Under the pieces are notes generated by a model. The model was not told where the DNA came from and made no database searches. It worked only from the letters and a program-made list of their open reading frames with translations. A DNA stretch of 64,000 nt from Owenia fusiformis (lineage: Eukaryota): the NCBI GenBank assembly GCA_903813345.2, contig CAIIXF020000001.1, positions 25,420,001 through 25,484,000 on the forward strand, written 5' to 3'. Of this stretch, positions 15,301 through 25,345 are shown piece by piece. Every line of letters begins with the position of its first letter. Positions within the stretch are counted from its first letter, which is position 1. Position numbers and translations under genes: made by a program.

Positions 15301-18300
15301 GTTGTTCTTAAATTCCAAGTTGGTTATAATTACTGCATATTCAGGATATAAACTTGAACTAACTGCTGACCTGTGGACGTTATGCGCAGTATTACAAATT
15401 ACAATGATCGGTCAACTGGTCAAGTAGGAGTCTGTTTGGTAAACTCAGGCTTGCGGTTTGTTAACATACAATGTTACGCATCTCTTCAGATTGAAATTGA
15501 CACAATAGCCCACAAGATAGAAAAGCACAATTCAATATTGTATGATTTATGTATAAGGAGCTCCTCCCTTTATCTTTCCGGATTCACTCAACCTAGAAAT
15601 GTATTAAATGTATAAATGTACAAATATCTGCCTTAAGGCATGATTTAATGTAATTTGGGAGATTCAATGGTTTTATCAGTTGACTTCATGCACATGCATT
15701 GTAAGCCCCTGAGACCTTTACATTAAAACCTTGTGTATATGCCACGGTAAGATCATTCATATGTCAGGGTAAAAAAAAGATAATTTAGTCAAGAGTCATC
15801 CTTCTCGGATCAATACCTCAACAAGTCAATAAAGGATGATAAAAGTGCAGGCCTAAAATATTTTAAGGGTCACGATAAGTAGGCCATTTGGGCTAATAAT
15901 GGCCTGCTTTGTCATTAACCGGCCTCTTAATTTTCAAGCAACTAAACATTTGGAGTATAGGGGTCTAGACTTTTTCGTACGATTTTTATCAAAGTAGAGC
16001 AAACCCCATCACATTGCCAAAAGCTGGCTTCCCCCTCAATAAACTCATGTTTTCGTGCCTGTGTCCAATACTAATTTATACAAAAACATTATATTATAAA
16101 CAGCTGGAAACTTTATATCATTACTCACAATATTATTCGTCAGTCCAATGTTGATTGGCATTGGTACAGCATATAGAAAATAGTTAAATAACAATGGCAA
16201 GAATATTGTAACGATGATCTCAAAACTAAAAATAAACTACATATTATAGAGGACTTAAAATATTAGGTATACGCAATAGTTAAACCGTACATGGTGTTGC
16301 AATGCGTAAATGTATCTTTTGTTATGAAATCTACCTGAAATACACTTGTCATTCTTAACCCATTAAAATCAAACAGAATATCTCAATGATCAAATAAGAT
16401 ACACACGCGGTCCTAACTTCGACCGTTAATTTGAATTTTTGTCCTACCGGATGTTTGAAAATCAAGGATTACGAGTCTCATACTGCACCGTTTTCTTCAA
16501 ACTTGTTCCATTCAAAGCATAACACAAATCCCTTTCTGATGGTACATCATTCTCTTCAACAGAGTCCCTACTTCCAGCGGCATTTTGGTCCCCAGTTGTA
16601 AGAAGGCCTTCTAACAGCTGGGGACCAAAACGCTGCTAGAACGAGGGACTCTTTACAATAAAGTAATGCACCGACAGAAAGGCAATTTTGTTCTGCTTTT
16701 AATGGTAAAGGTTTGAAGAAAAACGGTGCAGTATGAGACTCGCAATCCTTGATTTTCAAATTAACGGTCGAAGATAGACCGCGTGATACAGTCACGACAA
16801 AAACTGAGCAACTTATATACGAGTACATGTTTTATCTTGTGGATTAAAGTGGTGAGGTCAATTGAAATAAATAGAGAAGCGCATTGGCACAATATACACT
16901 TCTACAGATTTAAATCAGACATCAAGGAAAGGGTTCCAAAATTTGAACCAGACTTATAATATAGTGAGCATTATATACCTGAGACCTGATTCATCGTTTC
17001 AAAGTGGTAAAATGCTACCGTATACGCAAGGGAGGAGACCATATTTACTCGATTGGGAATCACGAGAACATACAAAGAAAACGTTTAGAAGGAAACGCGA
17101 AACTTAAAGGTACGATTTAAGTAGTATTATGATGTCGAAATTGATCAAATAAGACACACCATAAACACATTAAGGATACCTTATGCTAATAGCCTATGCA
17201 TGTACGTTTGGGACTGATACATAATGTATATTTTTGTTTTCTAGCCACGTATGTAGCGATCCAGTGCAGCGATACGCTTGTCCATAAAGAGTGTATTTTG
17301 AAGCACGTTGTCAAGTTATTTGAAGAGTTATACAAGAAGCAAGTTCGTTGTTTTGCTAACAATATGATGAATTGATTCTGGTGGAAGATATACTTGTAAG
17401 TTAAACTTATTTAAATAGTTGCACATATCTTTAAGAATAATATTATTGTGATATTCCCATTCTAACTTGAGCTAAAAATAAGAAGGCGTATTCCTAATTC
17501 ACACGTGTGGCATCTGGGAATACATCATACAATAATAATTTAAAGATGAATGGGTACCTCAGTGGAATTGAATAATTATAAAACCGTTCACGCGTGTATC
17601 TCCTTCACATATGCCTAAAGTTGCTTCTTCAGAAAATATAGCTTACAAGGGTCGATCCAAAAGTTTTGCATCGTGTGCTCTAAAAATCTTAATACTTTAT
17701 GAGTATTTTTCATATCTTATCTCATCCACCCCATATGTAGTAGTTTCATTCTGCGTAAAATAAGCAATACATTTGATCAGTAACATAGTTTTCTGAAAAT
17801 GAAATAGCGCTTTAGTTGCTGAAATTACCAATACGGTTTAATTCATTCAAGCTCCACATACCCTGTTGTTGTGATGTATTACTATGGGAACTAGATGCAT
17901 ATGTTGAATTTTGAATTCATGGTTTATCTATACACAAAATGAAGCTACAATGCAGAGGGCGATTAAGGCAAAATATGTATATTATTCGTCAAAGATAAAG
18001 ATTTTAGAGCAAACGGTGGAGACCTTTTGGATCAATCCTCGTACACCAATCTTTGAATTTGAACCTGATGTGATATGTCATAAGTACAAGCGGATAACAT
18101 AAGCAATTTGCATTGATACATCTGAGACAGTCACGAGGTGGTGTTAATTTCACAGTTTGAAATGCTATATCTTGTAATCCCACTCTGTATGTTAATAGGA
18201 TTTTAAAGACCCAGATAAAGCCACTTGTTGTAGTCGTACACAATGATATCAATATTTGATATGGAAAACTTCTTTTGAAGGGACTTTTTGTTCGAAACAT

Positions 18301-20855
18301 TCTCAACTAATTTCGAATGATTTTGTTGTCAGTTGTCAAACACATTAAATAAGCAGTGATGATATAAATCCCATCGATTGCAAGCATACTGTATATATAT
18401 ACATGTATACTGATCTATTTTATGTTGGAAAATTATAACAATTGTTTGGGGAACGAAAGAGAAATGAACTCACAAACGCAGGAAAGTGGTTCAGAAAAAG
18501 AGACACATACATTTAAAAATACAACATTACAATCAGCGACGGCTTTGCGAATGATGTTGACCCTTGAATTGCCTATGAGCAGAAAAGATTTTGAATTTAA
18601 ATATATTTTTTGACACAAAAGGATGAAACTAAAGGTTGACACTATTAGAAAAAATGAAACCAGTAAGATAATAGTAAAATAGAATGGTAGATTAGTGAAA
18701 TTGTCATTTTGAAGTATATCATCTAATTTGTCATGTTTTGTTAATATTTTGTATGTACAGTTGTAGATAAATATAAAGCTTTCTCATGGAGAAAAGTTTC
18801 CATGATTAAAATGAATACTTCAATTCAGAAATTATAAATCTATCCTCAAGTGTGGTAATTTTCCAAATATTACACAGTATGTAGATTGTATGATTAACAA
18901 GTTCAATGGTGTCATCACATGCAATATAATGTGTCGCATACGCAAGCAGTGAGTTATGTTCAAACATGGGCTTTCAATTAGTTGAAAGCCCATGGTTCAA
19001 ACAAATACAAAAGTATTAACATCAATCATGTATTTAAAGAATTTTTAAGACCAAGCTTGATACTTTATGGATGGGCTAATGGAACCATCTTGGTATCAAA
19101 TTATGCTCGATTGAAAGAAACTTATTCGCTTTTCCTACCCCAATCGAATGATTTTTGATTTAGAGAATGCCATTCGCTTTATCCACCTTTTAATAATGTC
19201 TGAATGATGAAACTGACCGTATTTGTCTACCTTAAGGGGTACCCCTTAATGGCATTGGTGTTTGTTTAGCTATGTAATTCTACTAGAGAAGAATTGACTT
19301 TGCTTCCAGGCAGAAAAGAGATAAAAAGAGATGGAGTCATTGCAGCCTCATTCGCCACTTGAGTAGATCAACCGTTGCGTAATATAGACAGGTAAACAGG
19401 GCCGACAATCTGTGTGAATAATTAAGTGAACTATTGTCTTGCCCTATTCCATGACATTCCAAGAATTGGCAAGAGAATCGAGTAACCACTGGATTTATCC
19501 TACAAGTCTTGTACTTCATACCTGATACCTATTGTGTGCTGTAAACAGGCAGAGTCATTTAAAACTCAGATCTCTTTCTAACAAGAAGCTGCCATCAATT
19601 ATGTAAAGATATATGCAGAGGGTGCGTGGTTATATAATTCATTCGAACATGACTGTATTCACGCCTTCTATAAACTGTAAACAAAGTCAACATTTCACCC
19701 GGGGTATATTCGCGAACAAAATCCCTGGTAATACGTGCAATGTGTGACGTCATAACGGCGGGACGTAGTAATGGCGGTTTATAATGAATATTAAAGATTA
19801 CTGATAGACAGTTACTCTGGCATAGCCGAAAAGAGCACACATTCCAACGTCCATATTGTTCACCAGGAGCCGTCACCGTGAACAAAAAACATTGTGAGGA
19901 AAATTATGAAGTAAACATGTTGCATACGTTTTTGTGCATGTGTGGTTGATACCACATTTTATCATATATTTAAATGAATAAGTGAATTAAAATGTACTAC
20001 ACCCGCATAGAAATTTCTATACAGGATTTTTATATCTATACATGCATTTTTTGACCATGCTGTATAGAACTTTCTATACTGGCCATCAAGCAAAATTATT
20101 TTTCTGCGCCGCATAGAAATTTCTATACAGCATTTTTATTTATCGATCTTTTCCCTATAGAAATTTCTATACCGGCAACCAAAATATATATTTACACCTG
20201 CATAGAAATTTCTATACGAACACTTGTTTTAATTAGAAAGGCATAGAAATTTCTATACGGGGAGAAATGTTTTTCTGGTAACAGAATTAGTATTTTCCGA
20301 CGGCCTTCACATAGAAATTTCTATAGAGGTATTCAGTTTTAAATCTTCTGCTTAATCGGTAGAGAAATTTCTATACCGATAACCAAATGTTCATCAATAA
20401 CAAAATTAATATTTCCAGCCCCATCCGCATAGAAATTTCTATAGGAAAAGTCAACGGAGTCTTTTGTATAGAAATTTCTATCTGAGGATAGTGTATTTGA
20501 AAATATAGTTTGAAGTTACATAGAAAATTCTATACAATCAGAAGAAACACAATTTTACTAGACATTAACATGAATATGTATTGATAAAATGATTTTACCT
20601 TTATCTGGTTTGATGAAATATTCATATACTTTGTATAAATATTGTAAATCTAATATGATAATAAAACATTGACGGTTGAAATACATGAAATGCACTGCTG
20701 TTTTTACGTTTTTGGGTTTACAAAAAGGGACTAAACGGTTCATTCTCTTTTTAAATGGTCACGACTTCTGCGCTATCTACAGTAGAGGTGATACTCGCTA
20801 TCACTAATGCTATCAAACTCTTTGCCCCGATCACTCGACGTACATCTATCTTCAT
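273..20855 (-). CDS. Multi-exon mosaic secreted/cell-surface protein (SP-CBM14-like-PAN-CTLD-EGF-galactose-binding-like-CCP-EGFn); 3' end off-window; this allele is interrupted by a transposon at the end of exon 1
   Basis: 17 exons read by hand, all with GT-AG boundaries and compatible phases (1-1 except one phase-2 junction inside the lectin domain). No internal stops once 12349-20767 plus one TSD copy is removed. Confidence 0.85.
1302..1415 (-). CDS. EGF-like exon B
   Basis: 114 bp, tag|...|gtaag; [37 protein letters not shown]. Confidence 0.95.
1921..2034 (-). CDS. EGF-like exon C
   Basis: 114 bp, aag|...|gtatgt; [37 protein letters not shown]. Confidence 0.92.
2479..2589 (-). CDS. EGF-like exon A (duplicate)
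   Basis: Copy of 273-383 at +2206. Confidence 0.9.
3508..3621 (-). CDS. EGF-like exon B (duplicate)
   Basis: Copy of 1302-1415 at +2206. Confidence 0.92.
4127..4240 (-). CDS. EGF-like exon C (duplicate)
   Basis: Copy of 1921-2034 at +2206. Confidence 0.92.
4373..4667. mobile_element. MITE-like inverted-repeat element (intronic)
   Basis: gtatgtggaagcccaactgttctgggctacccaagtgttccgac pairs with gtcggaatacttgggtagcccagaacacttgaagctccacatac; no clear TSD. Confidence 0.65.
5015..5200 (-). CDS. Sushi/CCP domain exon
   Basis: 186 bp, phase 1-1; IGCGSPTI...[39 protein letters not shown] (4 Cys plus conserved Trp). Confidence 0.93.
5330..5469 (-). CDS. Galactose-binding-like lectin domain, exon 3 of 3
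   Basis: 140 bp, phase 2-1; GWANAAEIC...[19 protein letters not shown]. Confidence 0.85.
6210..6333 (-). CDS. Galactose-binding-like lectin domain, exon 2 of 3
   Basis: 124 bp, phase 1-2; [40 protein letters not shown](S), with the WKC...W..P.FDDS motif. Confidence 0.85.
6921..7061 (-). CDS. Galactose-binding-like lectin domain, exon 1 of 3
   Basis: 141 bp, cag|...|gtaagt; [46 protein letters not shown]. Confidence 0.85.
7825..7938 (-). CDS. EGF-like exon
   Basis: 114 bp, phase 1-1; [37 protein letters not shown]. Confidence 0.92.
8045..8248 (-). CDS. C-type lectin domain, C-terminal exon
   Basis: 204 bp; ...[19 protein letters not shown]...YKWEDMDC...TMCKQP. Confidence 0.92.
8730..9245. 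mobile_element. MITE-like element with ~70-bp imperfect TIRs
   Basis: cacactggaatagcctgacaacggtaaagtcagata... pairs with ...tatctgacttaaccgttgtcaggctattccggtgtg; no TSD seen. Confidence 0.65.
9569..9769 (-). CDS. C-type lectin domain, N-terminal exon
   Basis: 201 bp, cag|...|gtgagt; [14 protein letters not shown]...KKHC...QGDWWM(G) (WIGL-equivalent). Confidence 0.9.
9811..10010. mobile_element. Possible short degenerate hAT-type MITE
   Basis: cacaggtagtagccaag ... cttggctacgccggtg form imperfect inverted termini. Confidence 0.35.
10111..10338 (-). CDS. PAN/apple-like domain exon
   Basis: 228 bp, phase 1-1; C...[18 protein letters not shown]...TCYMY...YYIKFCP (CxxxCxxxxxC pattern). Confidence 0.88.
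10802..11778 (+). mobile_element. Degenerate Tc1/mariner element
   Basis: TA TSDs; TIRs CAGATTGGGCCAAAA.../...TTTTTGGCCCACCCTG; transposase remnant [25 protein letters not shown] at 11408-11488 (WPxxSPDLxPxD motif). Confidence 0.85.
11819..11836 (-). CDS. 18-nt linker micro-exon
   Basis: ttttcttttcag|TTCCCGTCGGACCCCAAA|gtaagt, phase 1-1, (V)PVGPQ(S). Confidence 0.7.
11962..12168 (-). CDS. Chitin-binding peritrophin-A/CBM14-like exon
   Basis: 207 bp, tag|...|gtgag; [20 protein letters not shown]...LSCASGT...NPC...SC (six Cys). Confidence 0.75.
12582..13126. repeat. Left subterminal array: 11 copies of palindrome ATAGAAATTTCTAT
   Basis: Copies near 12582, 12625, 12672, 12737, 12805, 12855, 12903, 12952, 13004, 13047, 13110. 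Confidence 0.92.
13635..13833. mobile_element. Short hairpin MITE nested in the large element
   Basis: ttggttat...gaaatactgtgttcggattggct pairs with agccaatcaaaacacagtatttc...ataaccaa. Confidence 0.6.
16404..16785. mobile_element. Fully palindromic MITE, CAC termini, 5-bp TSD ATACA (Transib-like signature)
   Basis: CACGCGGTC...GACCGCGTG; fold centre agaaggccttct (~16606); ataca at 16399-16403 and 16786-16790. Confidence 0.85.
18965..18994. mobile_element. 30-bp TIR-only remnant (P-like excision footprint)
   Basis: CATGGGCTTTCAATTAGTTGAAAGCCCATG flanked by direct repeat GTTCAAA (18958-18964, 18995-19001). Confidence 0.7.
20007..20535. repeat. Right subterminal array: 11 copies of palindrome ATAGAAATTTCTAT
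   Basis: Copies near 20007, 20062, 20112, 20156, 20201, 20242, 20310, 20361, 20428, 20467, 20519. Confidence 0.92.
20768..20855 (-). CDS. First coding exon (signal peptide) of the mosaic gene
   Basis: [29 protein letters not shown] plus G (88 bp, phase 1, matching the 12168 exon); its donor gtaaat now lies at 12344-12339, beyond the transposon. Confidence 0.85.
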
Positions 20856-21706
20856 GATTACGATCTTGCTAAAATAAAGACATTTTGTTTCGAGAACACC
20901 ACAAAATAGAGGTCGCAACCAAAGTACACGTAAAAACGTGAACACCCGTATTTCACAATGGGATTCAAAACAAAAAGTATGTATAATCTAACCGATGTAA
21001 TATCAATGTAAAAAAGATGTAGGTATTAAACCCACTGTTCAGAAACAAATGGCAGATATACTTAATTTAAAAACATCAAAAAAATAATAAGTGAGATGGT
21101 TGAAAAAACATACGTACTAATGCATTTTTCTATTTAGTGAGTTTATATTTTTATGCAAAATCGAGTCGTTTCTAAATCGACATGGGTTTACACAAAACAG
21201 TCGTTTGTTTCGTGGATTACAATCTGAAAACTTACGTGTGCCTTTTCGCTGATGGTCCAATTAGGCAACATTGCAAAATCGCTGCCACAGGAGCATACCT
21301 ATGTAATGCAATACTATCCAATTAAAGTTAACACTCTATACACAAAGCCGTGTGTCTTCAATTAAATAGTTCTAAACTGTTCAACAGATGGATTTGATAG
21401 ATATATAGACAATGAAAAAGCCATGTACCATCAATTTAAAAAAAATAAAGTCTCCTTTACACCGTACCTTTCAGTCATCCAACTTTTCCCCAAAAGGTTG
21501 TTCTTATCTTTGATCAGGCCTTGGATCTGTTACCGAACTATGGACTAAAGTTCGATATATAACTCTGAGTTCTTTAAATAGAATAATATATCAAAACGGA
21601 TTAATGCCCAAATCACCTTACAGCCAGCTACCCATTGTAATTTGTAAATATATTTGGGATTTAAGTCCATGGTAATCCGTTACCCCTTTCTGAATTGCTA
21701 TTCAAT

Positions 21707-23351
21707 CACGGGGGATAAGCAAAACGAGGGCGAAGCCACGGACTGCAACTCGCGTAACTTTACACCGCAGCCCAGCGCCAAAATGGAGGGACATCCGGCA
21801 GTGCCTTCTGCTTCTTCCGACGAAATAGAGAAATCCATGTATTTTAAATGCTATCGTAGTGTCTAATCGGTGACCAAGATATTACTCTGTATCTACTGTT
21901 GGTCTGTAGATAAGAAAATAAGCAGTTGTCCAGATCAAGCTAAAACAGTAGCAAAGTTCTGATTTTACCTGTAAAATATGTGCATATTATTTAATTTACT
22001 ATACATTTGAAAGGAGTTTTAACACGTTTCTGATATCTAAGGGTTAGTTGAGGCTCCGAGTATAATTCGTGAAAATGATTTGATGTTCATGAGGATCGAA
22101 AATTAGATTCAAACTGCGCATTCATAGTGGACGCAGTCCAGTAAACAAAGCTATTTCAACAACGCAACACAGCCTCCATTGATATTCTAAGTAACGCAGT
22201 CCAGCCGCGAACACGAAATAAATAAGATAGTGTAAACTATATTCCTACGCTATTATTGTTTCAGGAAAAGAAAGTCAGCATCCAGATTATCATTCAAAGT
22301 TACGTTGATTAACATATATATATTACCTGAATCAATGTCCCAAATTGCTATATTGTATCGTTTAAGACCTAGAAATATGGCAATTCAATAGCGTATTTGG
22401 CAGAACAGTCGAGCGCAAGATGACAACGTAATATGTTTATTACAAACCAATTTGTGGATAGGGTTAAATATATAGATAATTGGATAGTGGTGAGGCTTTT
22501 TATAAGAAGTAGAAATGCGAAACAATGAACTTTTTGATGATGCCATAAAAGCTGTTGGGGAAGGGTACATTAACTAGTATTTAAGATATCAGGAAAATAT
22601 CAAATAATTGGAGAGTTGTAATTTTGGATGATCTTTCCAACAGTCCATCAATATTGCTAGCTACCATAAATTCATGATTTCAGCTGTGTTTGACAGCTTG
22701 TATATATTTGCAGAATGGATTGAGACACGATGTAGGTCTATTAAAATAGCCCTTTATATTCAATTTTGTCCAAAGTTGCTCCATTTCGGCCACACCTGTA
22801 CACACATTGTGCTATCTACCTTTGGCTGTGATTGCGTTCAGCTTCAGATATAAATCAAAACTGAGTCGCGGACTGCGTTGGGCAGATGGATGGACTGCGA
22901 CTATTATAAATTCCAATTTTCTATGTAATTGTACGCTTTCCGCTTACCAAATATCACACGAAGATGTAATTGTAACAACAGAACATGAATAATTATATTA
23001 ATTCGATGTCATTTCTGATTCCTTTGTTTAAATCGGTATATTAGGGACAAATATTGACAAAATTACATTTTTTGTGGCAGATTTCGAATTCATTTGTGTT
23101 CATGCTAAACTATTGGCCAGCCGAGCACCAAGAATGCCATTGCAGATGGAGTATGAATATGTTGATCACCGACTGGAACATACTAGCTATTCTGTAGAAT
23201 ATCCAAACCAATAATCTACCCCAAATCCTAACATGCCTTCCAAATTAAGTTTGGACTTACCGCCATTGTTCAGCTATAATGCGTTGTAACCTCGTTTTGA
23301 ATTACGCGAGTCGCAGTCCGTGGCTTCGCCCTCGTTTTGCTTATCCCCGTG
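21707..23351. mobile_element. 1.6-kb non-autonomous DNA transposon, CAC termini, 5-bp TSD TCAAT (Transib-like signature)
   Basis: ~50-bp TIR CACGGGG(G)ATAAGCAAAACGAGGGCGAAGCCACGGACTGC(A/G)ACTCGCGTAA; tcaat at 21702-21706 and 23352-23356. Confidence 0.9.
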
Positions 23352-24165
23352 TCAATGTCATATAAAAGATTAATCGTTAATCTCGTCATTTTATGAAACT
23401 ATATGATTTCTAATATAAGGTCATGTTACCATAATATTGCATTTACAATACAAAACACGTATAAATATTGCATCTCGGGTCTTTAGCTAGGTACGTTTTT
23501 CGGAGAACCTTTATATACTAAAATGCGACAGTCACGAGTCTGGCTAAAGCGAGGGGTTTCTCACTCGATTATTTGAGCTCTTGGATGCACATATATCAGG
23601 CCCCATAGACTTCTAACAACGCAAACATCAGTTCTGAGATCGCCAACTACGTTCCTTGCGCTTGAACCACGATTCTCATGTCGCGACGAGAAATCTTTAG
23701 TCGCACACCACCATTTCCTCGATCCCGAACATATTTCTCCACTCGCGAACAGAGATCCGTGCTCGTAATAGTGTATCCGGGTATCTGGGATTCCAATTGC
23801 AAGCAACAACAGGAGTCTGCTTGCAGTTTACATTGACTCTCATACCACACTACCCTTCCACGTGACCACGTTTAAAAGGGAAACAGGGTACAGTTAAGTT
23901 CCAAATGGAGGACGTGGGTTTAGTTCCATATTTCTGAACGTAAGATACATTTTACATTTATTTTTAGTGTTCTACCAGACATAAAATAGATTCATCAAGC
24001 AGTTTGTAGAGTACGTGTATTGTTGGAAAAAAACAGATAGGCAAAGATAGAGAATAGTGGGCGCATTGAAGCAAAACTCGAAAGCAGTACAAGGTACATT
24101 TCAGTAAATCTATTGACGTACAGGGAGCGTATAAGTTTCACTTCGAAAATGTTACTTATTTTGAC

Positions 24166-24202
24166 CATGGGCTTTCAACTAGACTCTAATTGAAAGTCCA
24201 TG
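24166..24202. mobile_element. 37-bp TIR-only remnant, same family as 18965-18994
   Basis: CATGGGCTTTCAACTAG-act-CTAATTGAAAGTCCATG; flanks TTTTGAC / TTTTGAG. Confidence 0.65.
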
Positions 24203-24855
24203 TTTTGAGATTGATATGTAACAAAAAAAAGTTAACTGTTATTTAAACTGCGTGTCATTGTGTTATATGTAAATACATTTTCTAGTATGTTATTCAACTG
24301 TATTTTTGTGAACTAATTGTTTTTCTAAAATCTAAAGATGAATGAAAGTCGTCCCAGAAATGTATCTTAACTTTGCCGTTAGGCAGGACATAATTGTGAA
24401 ACATTTTTCCTCTTGTCACAAAGAGAATAATGTTTGTTTTGAGGTGTCTGGTGGTGAGCGTTTCATGATTAAATGCATATGTCATATAAGACTACATTGA
24501 TCTGGTAATAGTTTTCAGAGTTAAAAGTATGGGTTGAGCATAGTTGTAGTATTATGAATCCACTTCCTACAAATACATTAATTGTACAGCATTTTACATT
24601 GTACGCCCTTTGTCTGCATTCGTGCATCAATGTACTCAAATGAAACGTATCATTCCTTCTATTATTCATTATATTCTGGTTTTTGAATGTCAAATACAGC
24701 TCTACGTAACACTGGATTAGGATACCAAGCGCATAAGAAATAATGATTGGCACATGAACGTTGTTATTTTACTGGTCTGAAAATAAAGATTAGATCAATT
24801 ACATTTAGTTGTTCAAAAATATACTATCACACTGTTTTGTTCAATATTGTATTCA

Positions 24856-24921
24856 ATTTTGAACAAAATACTCAATCGGCCGGGCGCCGTAGTGAAACTC
24901 AGAGCTAATGTGACCAAGGCA
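24856..24921 (+). mobile_element. Solo right end of the Harbinger family found at 31043-33003
   Basis: Matches 32939-33003 (...cggccgggcgccgtagtgaaa...atgtgaccaaggca) and is followed by TAA. Confidence 0.8.
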
Positions 24922-25345
24922 TAATAGTCCATGGTATGACTTCCGTATTTGAAGGATCCGTAGCATACTTTAGCGCAGCAACATTTGAAGCAATATTTAT
25001 GGAGGTGCATATGTCTTGATTCTTTTAAAATACCATTTAGTGAAAAACCTCCGGCTTTCGGGTCGAAAAATGTCTTTCATCAGAAGGGGTCAAAAAACTA
25101 AAATATTTTGATTCGAACTTAATCAGAGCAAATGTGACCAAGGCATAATAGTCCATGGTATGACTTCCGTATTTGAAGGATCCGTAGCATACTATAGCGC
25201 AGCAACATTTGAAGCAATATTTATGGAGGTGCATATGTCTTGATTCTTTTAAAATACCATTTGGTGAAAAAACCTCCGGCTTTCGGGTCGAAAAATGTCT
25301 TTCATCAGGAGGGGTCAAAAAACGAAAATATTTTGATTCGAACTT
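24900..25345. repeat. ~224-bp tandem duplication including the Harbinger TIR tip and flank
   Basis: 24900-25120 is near-identical to 25124-25345. Confidence 0.9.

Larger units (their letters stand above)
12349..20767. mobile_element. 8.4-kb non-autonomous long-TIR (foldback-type) DNA transposon with 4-bp TSD CTGC
   Basis: Ends AAGTCGTGACCATTTAAAAAGAGAATGAACCG... are inverted copies; outer ~250 bp nearly identical, arms ~780 bp; CTGC at 12345-12348 and 20768-20771; no transposase ORF recognised inside. Confidence 0.93.

Noticed and set aside
17644-17670. Mariner-like end TACAAGGGTCGATCCAAAAGT (a similar one lies at ~8444)
   Set aside because: No partner TIR or transposase remnant found, so it cannot be delimited.
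19745-19752. Perfect CRE TGACGTCA inside the large element
   Set aside because: A single 8-mer is expected by chance in a window this size, and there is no supporting promoter evidence.
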